This document shows, piece by piece, positions 12,430 to 23,308 of a DNA stretch of 64,000 nt. The notes beneath the pieces were generated by a model. It was not told the DNA's origin and searched no databases. It worked only from the letters and a program-made list of their open reading frames with translations. The DNA is taken from positions 26,784,001 through 26,848,000 of the forward strand of contig CM060733.1 of assembly GCA_030704615.1 (NCBI GenBank). Direction: 5' to 3'. Numbering within the stretch: position 1 is the first letter of the stretch; each line of letters begins with the position of its first letter. Source of the stretch: Takakia lepidozioides (lineage: Eukaryota; Plantae; Bryophyta). Both the position numbers and the translations under genes were made by a program.

Positions 12430-14720
12430 AAATTTCTAGGGCGTCCTAGGGGTCGTGCTGATGAGCCCAAAATCAATGGCCAGCTTCTCACTTTGGTGAT
12501 AGAGAGAAAATTCCTTTGGCTCCTCCACCACATCATGCAGTACAAAACGTGTGTCAAGCACATACCCCGCCTCCTTCACCTACCTAGACAATCTTCTCAG
12601 CTAAGCATGGATTTCCTTAATTCTGGGATGCAGTTTGTCATCTACAACAAAGGTGTGCGCCCTGTTGCCAACCTCATTGTAGCAGCGACCTGGCTCCTTC
12701 CTAACCCCTTTGACCTTCATCATTTTTCTCACCTTTGCACTATCATCCCCGCCTCCTTCATCTGCCCAAACAATCTTCTCAGCTAAGCATGGATTTCCTT
12801 AATTCTGGGATGCAGTTTGCCATCTACAATAAAGGTGTGCGCCCTGTTGCCAACCTCAATGCAGCAGCGACCTGGCTCCTTCCTAACCCCTCTGACCTTC
12901 AACATTTTTCTCACCTTTGCACTATCATCCCACCTGCCAGCTGCAGCATAGATATTTGATAGCAACACATAAGTCGCGGCATCTTGTTCATCCCACTTGA
13001 GAATAGATGTTGCAGCACGTTCAGCCATCTCCACATTGCCATGGATTCTGCAGGCACCAAGCAAGGCCCTCCAAACCATAGCATTTGGTTTCATTGGCAT
13101 TTCGTTAATGAGCTCCTCTGCCTCATCCAATTCCCTATATGTCCAAGAAGGTCCACCATGCAGCCAAAGTGCTTTATTGTCGGAGAGACACCATGATCTT
13201 GACTCAGGGAATCAAAGTAGCGTCTTCTTTCATCCAGTACAGTGTGGCTGCATGTAGAGAGAACACATATAAAGGTGATATTGTCCAGCTTCAAGCCTTC
13301 CGTTTGCATTCCTTCAAATAGTTGCAGGGCTTCCCTATGACAACCATGCTGGGCATATCCTGCAATCATAGCATTCCAGGACGCCACATCTTGTTCGACC
13401 ATATTGTTGAACACTCCCTTTGCATCCTCCATGCTCCCACATTTGGCATACATGTCCACGAGGGCATTGTTCAAAGTGACATTTGGTACAATACCAGCTC
13501 TGACGATGTCACCATTGACCTCTTTGTCCTTTTCCAAAACTGGCAGGCTTGCACATGCATTGCAAACACGAACAAACGTGATGTGGTCGGGCTTCACCTC
13601 TTCCTGCATCATTTGCTCATATGTCTGCAAAGCCTCAGTCCTGCGCCCTTGCTATGCATATCCTGCAATCATTGCATTCCACGACACCACCTCACGTTCA
13701 GCCATAGTGTCGAACACTCCATTTGAATCTTCAATGCTCCCACATTTGGCATACATGTCGAGAGCTACCAAGCTTGCACATGCCTTGCAAACACAAACAA
13801 ACATGATGCGGTCAAAATCACCCCTTCCCACATCATCTGCTCAAAGGTCTCCAAAGCCTCCATCCCGCGTCCTTGCATATCCTGCAATCATCGTGTCCAT
13901 CCATCATTTGTGACATTTGTTCCATATTGTCAAACAACCCCTGTGCATCTTCAATGCTCCCACATTTGGCATACATGTCCACCGGGGAAGTGTTCAGAAT
14001 GACGTCTGGTACTATTCCAGCTTTGACGATATCACCATGGACCTCTTTGCCCTTTTCCAAAGCTTCCAGGCTCGCACACGCATTGCAAACGCAAACAAAC
14101 GTGATATGGTTGGGCTTCACCCCTCCGCGCATCATTTGCTCATAGGTCTCCAAAGCCTCCATCCCACACCCGTGTTGTTCATATCCTGCGATCATCGCGT
14201 TCCATGACACCACATTTTGTTCAGCCATGTTGTCGAACACTCCCTCTGCATCTTCAATACTCCCACATTTGGCTTACATATCCAGCAAGGCAGTGTTCAG
14301 AATGACATCTGGTACCATTCCAGATCTAACAATGTCACCATGGACCTCTTTGCCCTTTTCCAAGGCTGCCAGGCTCGCACACGCATTGCAAACGCAAACA
14401 AACGTGATGTGGTTGGGCTTCACCTCTTCCTCCATCATTTGTTCATATGTCTCCAAAGCCTCGATACCACGCCCCTGCTCTGCATATCCATCTCCTGCGA
14501 TCAGTCTGATGAGTGGGCAAATCAGGCTGAAATAGATTGAACAAGAAGGTTCCCTCACCACATTGTCCTTGACTTTGTGTCATGACTGATGGAGGATTCA
14601 ACCGACCATCAACCCAAAAGGACCTCTTGTATATGCTGCTTGTGTCCATGGTGGGGTAATGTCCGATTGGTCTGTAAGAACCACCATGGTGCAGCTGAGT
14701 AGCCATAGATTGAAACACGA
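12430..14720 (-). pseudogene. PLS-class PPR-E-DYW (truncated DYW), disrupted
   Basis: PLS motifs in ORFs 14274-14561, 13833-14240 and 13091-13630; E domain 12783-13130. DYW remnant [13 protein letters not shown]...[18 protein letters not shown] lacks CxxC and the terminal DYW. Contains stops and frameshifts. Confidence 0.9.
12568..12931. repeat. Tandem duplication (~182-bp period) of E-end/PG-box segment
   Basis: CTAAGCATGGATTTCCTTAATTCTGGGATG occurs at 12601 and 12783. Confidence 0.9.
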
Positions 14721-15167
14721 CCTCCTAAGACCAAGTTGACCCTCCTAAGCACCTTATAAACACCACAGAAAAATACCAAATCGTGATACTAACAGGAAGA
14801 GCCAAACTTCTTCACCTCATACATTAAGAGAAAGCCACACCTTGCGATTACGGTTGTCCCACCATCGTGAAGGATCTTTAAAGAACTCATGCCAGCTCCG
14901 CTCCGTGCTCCAAGGTAGACTTTTGTGCCCGAAAATCCGGCAGCATCAACATTTTGCCAAGTTCCTTTACGGAGGGGTGTTAGTGAGCTTTCAACAACAT
15001 TCATGCTGGTAGGCTTTGGGCTCCATTGGAGTCTCCACAATGAGGACATACGAACATGTCCAAATGTACACAGATGTTAAACCAGCTTATGTCTGCAGTG
15101 TGGAGATTTTGGAGTGGTCTCTGAAAACTAGCAGGAGCAACTGAGCAGCGCCAGTCTTTGGGGACAC

Positions 15168-15468
15168 GATTTTTGAAAGAGGGCATGATGTATACTTGGG
15201 ATGCCATGTAACATGGGGAGGATGAAGGCATGCAGGGGGGATGGAGGGCGATGCCATGCATGAGGGCATGATGGGAGGAGGGATGGGGATGCGGGAAAGG
15301 GCACGTCTCATGTCCTGGCAGCGGGAACATGAGGCGCGGGAGGGCATGCCGCACGGCTGCTGCCGCGCGGTGTGCAGGCATTGGAGCAGGGGGTGGGCGT
15401 GGGGGGGGGTCCACGCTGGCGGAACCGGGCCCCTCGCATTAAACTCCAGGCCCCATCTAATGCTTGGC
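15168..15468 (-). repeat. Right TIR of Pack-MULE
   Basis: Reverse complement of 8381-8673. Confidence 0.9.
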
Positions 15469-15866
15469 AAATAACTAAAACACCTTAGCCAGAATAGTAA
15501 TCAGAAACACAACTTTGATATTGTGGCTGATTTAACTTATCTGTTACAACTGAGCCAGTACAGCTAGGCCTACCGTGGCTCTCACCCATCTGCTCAATCG
15601 AAGTGCATCAAGTCTACTGGCTCTTGCCATGGTCTCTTCTGTAGTACTTCGCCTTAATTAAATTAGGCTTGTATGCATTATCAAGCAACACACCACCTCT
15701 AAAGAACTTAATGAAAATGTCATCTTCTTCCTTATACCACATATTTCATTTTGTTTCTTCTTGCCTGGCTACAATTTTCGCTTCTCTCTCAAGTCGACGA
15801 GTAGTTGCTCTAGGCATTTTTCTTTGATCCGCTGTCAACACTTTTTGTGCTTTCTTGATCTCTCTT

Positions 15867-16080
15867 CATAATCAAAGTAGTCTTAAGATTGCTAACAATC
15901 CAGTTTCATGCCAGGACTAAACACATACAAGTTCATTATCATTACATTCGAGAGAGGACATGAACAAGGAAGTGGACTTACATCATATCCACTCGAGAGC
16001 AGTTAGCTGATTTCTTTACGAAACCCTTAGGGCGCACAAGGTTTGAAGAGATGAAAGACAAACTAGAAATCAGAAGTGCG
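15867..16080 (+). mobile_element. Ty1/Copia RNase H C-terminal remnant
   Basis: Degenerate translation NQSSLKIANNPV(F)HARTKHIQVHYHYIRE...EQLADFFTKPLGRTRFEEMKDKLEI. Confidence 0.8.
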
Positions 16081-17089
16081 GCCAATCTTCACGAATCAGC
16101 TCAACTCACTTCATTAGATTAATGTATATAGGATAAATAAGGTGTGAGAGGAGGTGTAGAAAATACACACCTTTATTTATGAAGTATATAGGTAGATAAC
16201 GCGTTTTAGGCCAGTCTGTACATTGAAACATTCTGCGTATCAGAGTGATTGTAGAGTGATTGTAGCTAACTCTGATTTTAGAGCATGCCCAGCGTAGGCT
16301 CACTAAACTGCCGCGCTATCCGTATGCTGGTGAGGCATATGGTGAGGTAGGCACGTTAGTTAGAGCGGCGGCTGGCAAGAGGCCCCCCCCCCAGCAACCC
16401 ACCATAACCGAAGGGGAGTAATGGCGTAGGCTGAGGTGACCGTGGGCCCCGTCGCCCCACTCTTCATTACGTGTGAGGCTGAGCGGTAGGTAACAGGGGA
16501 GAATGCCACACACCAAAGGGCAGGAAGCTAGAGCGGGAGGGCGACTATTTTTGGTGCCAACCTGTGTCGGGCGCTTATGGGCGGGGATGGGGGAGGTACG
16601 CAAACACAACGCTCGTAGGCACTATGCCATTTTTGAAGCTTGGGTGGGTTGGGTGGCTACAGTAGAGGGGAGTGTAGGAAATTGGTAATTTGGTTGGAAG
16701 TGGAACACCAAAATTTGTCGAGTATATTTTTTGTAAGCCAGCTGTGTGTTGGCTAAGCGAGGAATTGTAGCATGCCTCATGTGGCTATCTGTAGCACATT
16801 TGGGCACTAGAATGGCAATTTTGCCAGCTGCGGGGTGGGTAAAGTCACGGCAACATAAGCATGAACACATCATTCCAGGCCAACGATTTCTCTAACACTG
16901 TAGAGCGATCAACTATTGCCCATGCAAGGGCATATCTCAATGCAGAAAGCAACAGAACCCATGTTGCAAGTCAGTCTTTTTCAAAGCTCTCCTCATGGAC
17001 ACCTGAATGAAGATTATGTGCTGGGTTTGAAGTACCTCTGGCCAATTGTATACCCGACAAGAAGGTGTGGGACGGTGGTAACTGTGCAG

Positions 17090-17260
17090 TGTTGGTGTAA
17101 TGTGGGTGCATCGAGGATGCAAATGGAGTGTTCAACACTATGGCTGAACGAGATGTGGTGTCGTGGAGTGCGATGCTTGCAGGGTCTGCACAGCAGGGAC
17201 ATGGGATGGAGGCTTTGGAGACCTATGAGCAAATGATGTGCGACGGGGTGAAGCCCGGTC
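17090..17260 (+). pseudogene. Isolated PPR fragment (about 1.5 motifs)
   Basis: Translates as CGCIEDANGVFNTMAERDVVSWSAMLAGSAQQGHGMEALETYEQMMCDGVKP, closely similar to the neighbouring PPR copies. Confidence 0.8.
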
Positions 17261-17592
17261 CATGCTCATCCAGAACATACACTATAACCTCATGATTGTG
17301 TAAATAAGAAATCTGAAGTCCACCATCCTTTACAGTCAAATCTTTAAAGTTGCCAGATGGCTTTCCCCATTTTCGGTTCTAGCTCTAGTACCTAGGTCCG
17401 CAGCTATGGAAGTGCACTGGAAATAGACGGGCAATCCTTATTTAGTCATTAGTGAGGCTGTGAGCTGAAATCTCCCACAAGCAAGTACAGCTTTCCAGCA
17501 AGCGTGCTTCGAAAGGGTGACATTGGGTTCCACGGGACCACCACATTGCAAGCTGTGGTTGCTCTTGCATTATTACGACTTTGTATATGCTC

Positions 17593-20308
17593 TCAAACTG
17601 CAACTGCAGTACCCCGCCATGAGGAAAGGGGTGGGCTGGTAGTGAACTGCCATGTGTGCTTCATCACATGACCTGCATACCGGTCACCTGCAACCTCATC
17701 AATTGGCACAGCCGCTTCAATCTCTTCTATGTCCTTCTCCGTAAGTGAGACTTTCAGAGCTCCAATGTTGGACACCAAATTGGTCTTCTTGGTTGTCCCT
17801 GGGATGGGTACCACATCAGCCCCCTTGTGCTGAACCCAGGCAAGAGCCAATTGATTTTAATGTACACTTTTTCTTCTCGGCAATCTCAGTAACTCGATCC
17901 CGCAGTGCTACATTTTTGGCCAGATTTTCTCCCGGTGTCATCCTTGGATGAGACTGCAGAGAGAGTTTGGCATGAGAATAAACCTCCAACAGGTACACAT
18001 TAGATATCTTCTGATTTCCCCGGGAGTGGAGAGAGAGTCCAAGTACACCGCCATCTTCCCACTCAAGTTGATCCTAGCCTTGGTAGGCACCACCCTATCC
18101 CAATCTGCATGGTGTGAGAACCAAATTGAAGGTGCCACCAAGGCTCTGATAAGGGATGCAGTGAGCTTCTCAGGGAGGCAGAAAGGCATGAAGAAAAGAA
18201 AGATATTATTACATCCACAGGAGGGAGCAGAGAGAGAGGAAAGGCCGGGGGCAATGGGTGGAGGGCAAAACTATTGACATTTCTTCCCGAAAGCACTTAA
18301 TGTCAGTATTCAACAACAAGTTACAGACAAAAGGAGGGTCGACCAGCTTGAATGCCTCCAATCGACTGGGAAAGAAGGTCCGGTGGCTTCTTTTTTATCC
18401 CTCCCTTCCACCCACCTGCTTACATTACCGTAGAAAGGTAATATAACAAACTAACACAACAATAATAACAGACTATAACATACATATAGCATACATAATA
18501 ACATAATCTTTAGTTTCTTTACCCTGGGACTGAGGCTGGCAGGGGCATTTAGCTGATCCCTCAGGCCAGGCACGAGAGAGAGACACTAAGTAAAAGGCAG
18601 ACCTGCCGATGGTCACCCGGACAAGCCTCCTCGGGCTTAAAACCAGCGAAGAAGCCTCGACCAAGAGGGCTGTACGGGACAATCCCGATCCCCAACTCTC
18701 TGCACACACAAATCATCCCCTTCAACAACAGCTCACCTCTCCTTCAGATCATACATTGGTAATGCATTAGAGCTACCATGTGAATGCTACTTCAATGTTG
18801 TCAACCCACTGCCAAACTCCGTACAGTGGGATTCTGGTTTCAACAGACAACCCAGTTGCAAGTCTAATGTGGACATTGTCCTATGTGCTCCACCCAGCAG
18901 CAGACGACCAAAAGCCCACCACATCTGGTACCTCAATTCACTGTCTAGGAAAAATATTAGGTCAAAAGTTAGTCAGTCAGCATTACAAATGCCACCTTTG
19001 AAGAGGGGCAACAGCTCAGAATGTCCATGAGACATAATATCTCAGTCTATTTCAAGGTTCACTTTCTTCTGCAGCTGGTTAAGGTTGACACAATGAATTG
19101 CCACTGGATTTATCATATGCCTCCCTAGAGGGTCACAACAAGAGTTACGTGTTCCCCACTACCATCCTAATGTATAAATTTAGTGAACTATGCAACTCTC
19201 ACTACAGCTTGGTACTTCATTCTTGAGAACATCAGGTCGCATTCGACCCACAGTTCATACCTGCAAGTACGAATGATGTCCTCTTCCACATCACGAGACC
19301 AGAGAGACCACTCAATCTGGAAGGCAGTGATAGGGTGCACAGCATGAGCGCGCCGAATATCAGAGGCACATGCCTCCGACAATCCCAAATACTTCACCTT
19401 CCTCTCCTCCACTAGCTTCATATAGCACCTACCTGAACACAGAGACAGCATAGGATGCCAGAGATGGCTTTATATCTGAAATTTCTCCCAAGTTTCTCTA
19501 GGGGTTTACGTTCTCTCGAAGTTCTAGTTTCTCCCACGTGCCCTGTCGAACCCGCTTGCCGTATTCAATTCCTTTCTTATTACCAGCATCATGTCGATGC
19601 GGATCCTCAAAATCAGCACTCAATCTACCCTGTAATCTTATTTTATAATCACAGCGGTGGCCTAAGTCACAGAGGTTGGACAACAAGAGACAGATGCGTA
19701 CTGTGATTTCAATAGGAACGTTGGGATCCACGCGATGCTGGTAGTAGAGATCAATGTAATCTACATCCAACCTCTTCAAGCTCGCTTCGCAAGCTTCACG
19801 CACGTACTCTGGGTCCCCTCGAATTGTCACAGTGAAGGCTCCGTCCACAATACTTATAATATTTGCGAATTTGGTAGCCAATTGCACTTTGTCCCGAATG
19901 CCTTTGATCGCCTGCAATAAACCCATTTCCCTATGCCTATCTGAGTCCCATGCCCCTGTGGTCGGAAAAATCATGTGTCAATTTACCAAATCAGAGCAGC
20001 TGCATGAGGTGAAAGAGGAGAAGTGGAGGAAGAGATATAAGGATATAGAGACCTTAAACCAAAGAATCGTGGAAAACCATCACCTTTCCAACAAGAACCT
20101 CGTTGGTATGAGGCCCGTACATATCGGCAGTGTCAAGGAAAGTTACCCCACTCTCCACAGAAAACTTAATGAGGTCAATCATCTCGTCCTTAGGCTTGGG
20201 AATTCCATAGAACATGGACATGCCAATGCAGCCCAAGCCCAATGCCGATACTTCCAGACCCTGAGAACCCAACTTCACTTGCGGGATGGTGGGGATCAGA
20301 GACACCAT
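17593..20308 (-). CDS. Aldo-keto reductase (auxin-induced/perakine reductase-like AKR13 type), multi-exon, with 1-bp frameshifts (pseudogene or assembly error)
   Basis: [101 protein letters not shown]. Indels near 19420, 18690 and 17857. Confidence 0.85.
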
Positions 20309-20787
20309 AATTGATCTACCTCCGAGCTTGATCTTCCAACCAGTGGTGCCCAAATGGGTCACAGAGTCGAATTGCCTAGACGATATCACCCATACAATCC
20401 TTGAGCTGAAAACTGTGCCCAAGGTGCCAACGGACAGACAGTGGCTCCTCTACGTGGCAATGCATAGTTGCTGGCTTTTATGATCGTTAGAGAGGAGACT
20501 GACTGCGACTGCAGAAACTAGAATTAGCCTCATCTGGGAACGACGGAGAGACTTTTATGTACAGTAAATGGGAGCCAAATCCCTCTGATCAAGGGATCAA
20601 TATATGATGCAAGGTTGTTTGTTTGTTTGTTTATTTTGTTTTGTAGCGTTGAGATCAGTGTTTGTCTTTCCTGAAAGCTGGTATCAACGGTATCAGGGAC
20701 CAGACCAACCTGGTCTCAAGTTCAACATGCCAGGTCATATACCAGACCAGGCTGGTATCCATTTTCTCATACCAGCCACAATATACC

Positions 20788-23090
20788 GGGAGATAATAGG
20801 AATAATGTAAGAACTTAATGCAAGCGCGTCAGGACGGTCCAGCCCTGACACCCGTACCGCCGGTTCTTCGCCTCCGGCAGACATCGAAAGGCAGCCGGCT
20901 GGGCTCGGTCAATCCCTCCCCACCCCCGCCCTCATCCCATCGGCGTCGTCGCCCCAGGCGCGTCGTCGCCCCCTGCGTCCTCGTTCTGCGACACCAGTCC
21001 ACCGCTTCCAGCAGTCCGCCAGTTCCTGTAACCCCCGCCCCGGGTTCAACCATCACCCCCATGTAACCCTCTGTAACTCCGCCGAGTGTAACCCACATTA
21101 CCATGTAACCCTTTGTAACCCATATAACCCCATGACCCTCTGTAACCCATGTAACCCTCTATAACACCGCAGAGTGTCACCCCCACCCCTATGTAACCCT
21201 CACTACATGTAACCCTCTGTAACACTTTGCAACCCATGTAACCCTATGTAACCCTCTGTAACACCGCAGAGTGTCGCCCTCACCCCTTATGTAACCCTCA
21301 CTCCATGTAACCCTCTGTAACCCATGTAACCCTCTGTGACCCTTTGTAACCCTCACCACCATGTAACCCTCTGTAACACCGCAGAGTGTCACCCTCATTC
21401 CATGTAACCCTCTTTGACCCTCTGTAACCCTCACTCCATGTAACCCTCTGTGACCCTCTGTGACCCTCTATATCCCTCACCAGGTGTAACCCTTACCTCC
21501 ATGTAACCCTCTGTAACACCGCAGAGTGTCACCCTCGCCACCATGTAACCCTCACTCCATGTAACCCTCACAAACCCTCTGTGGCTCTGTAACCTATGTA
21601 ACCCTCTGTAACACCGTAGAGTGTCGTCCTCACCCCTTATGTAACCCTCTGTAACCCATGTAACCCTCTGTGACCCTTTGTAACCCTCACCACCATGTAA
21701 CCCTCTGTAACACCGCAGAGTGTCACCCTCACCCCTATGTAACCCTCTCTGACCCTCTATAACCCTCACCACCATGTAACCCTCTGTAACCCATGTGACC
21801 CTCTATATCCCTCACCAGGTGTAACCCTTACCACCATGTAACCCTCTGTAACACCGCAGAGTGTCACCCTCGTCACCATGTAACCCTCCGTAACCCTCAC
21901 AAACCCTCTGTGACACCGCAGAGTGTCACCCTCATCCCCATGTAACCCTCACTCCATGTAACCCTCTGTGACCCTCCGTGGCTCTGTAACCCATGTAATC
22001 CTCTGTAACACCGTAGAGCGTCACCCTCACCTCTTATGTAACCCTCACTCCATGTAACCCTCTGTAACACATGTAACCCTCTGTGACCCTTTGTAACCCT
22101 CACCACCATGTAACCCTCTGTAACACCGCAGAGTGTCACCCTCACCCCTATGTAATCCTCACTCCATGTAACCCTCTCTGACCCTCTGTAACTCTCTGTA
22201 ACCCATGTAACCCTCTGTGACCCTCTATATCCCTCACTAGGTGTAACCCTTACCACCATGTAACCCTCTGTAACACCGCAGAGTGTCACCCCCATCCCTA
22301 TGCATCCCTCACTCCTTGTAACCCATGTCCTCTGTGACCCTGCGTAACCCGTGTAACCCTCTGTGACCCTGTGTAACCCATGTAACCCCATGTAACCCTC
22401 ACTCCATGTAACCCTCTCTGACCCTCTATAACCCATGTAACCCTCTCTGACCCTCTATAACCCTCACCAGGTGTAACCTTCACCACCATGTAACCCTCAG
22501 TAACCCTCTGTAACACCGTAGAGTGTCACCCTCACCCCTGTGTAACCTCACTCCATGTAACCCTATGTGACCCTCTGTGACTCTCTGTAACCCTCACCAG
22601 GTGTAACCCTCACCACCATGTAACCCTCCGTAACCCGTTTATCCCTCTGTAACACCGCTGAGTGTAACCCTCACTCCATGTAACCCTCCCATGTAACCCT
22701 ATGTCACCCTCTGTAACCCATGTAACCCCATGACCTTCTGTAACCCTTTGTAACCCATGTAACCCTCTGTTACTCCGCGAGGTGTAACCCTCACTCCATG
22801 TTATCCTGCATCGTGTAACCCCAATGTAAGCTTGTATCATGTTATCCCATATACCCCTCTCCGTGTAACTCCAGTTCCTCGTAACCCCATCATCCCTGTA
22901 ACCCTCTGCACGTCAGCGCTTTAGCTCCGCCTCGTGTAACCCTCATTGTGCAACTCTCACATTGTAACCCCACCATGTAACCCCGATACTGTATCAATCC
23001 CCCCCGTGTAACCCCCGATTGTGTCACTCATAGCTCGTGTCACCCCGGATCCTTTATCCCCAACGCATGTCACCCCTGTTCGTGTAGCCC
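20788..23090 (+). repeat. Left arm: ~270-bp GC-rich terminal sequence plus higher-order TGTAACCC arrays
   Basis: Very dense CATGTAACCCTC / TGTCACCC repeats; mirror image of the right arm. Confidence 0.9.
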
Positions 23091-23308
23091 CTTAGTGCCC
23101 GGCAAAAATTGGCGGGCTCCAAGAGGTGTCAGATATTTTGAATTCAAACCTGGGTTACACGATTCGGTGACATCAAAACCCACGTGTAACTCCATTATCG
23201 CTCGTCATTTTCACCAGGTGCGTAGACGACGTGCAGTCCCGAGGGCTCCGCTGCGTTGCCCGCGTGTATTATGCGATTTGTACTGTACTGGTGGTATTGT
23301 TGCTGCTA

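Larger units (their letters stand above)
8381..15468. mobile_element. Pack-MULE-like element carrying two PPR-DYW genes
   Basis: ~300-bp inverted repeats at 8381-8673 and 15168-15468 starting GCCAAGCATTAGATGGGGCC. Exact 9-bp direct repeat AAATAACTA at 8372-8380 and 15469-15477. No transposase inside. Confidence 0.85.

Noticed and set aside
12403-14540. Plus-strand ORFs overlapping the second PPR (likewise antisense ORFs over KLCR, mnmA and the third PPR)
   Set aside because: Antisense shadows of real coding sequence.
21050-23090. Interstitial telomere, since TAACCC resembles TTAGGG-type repeats
   Set aside because: TAACCC is not in pure tandem arrays; it is embedded in TGTAACCC units with variable spacers and mirrored in the opposite arm of a transposon.
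20788-23090. CRISPR-like array
   Set aside because: Eukaryotic context, no constant repeat with unique spacers and no cas genes.
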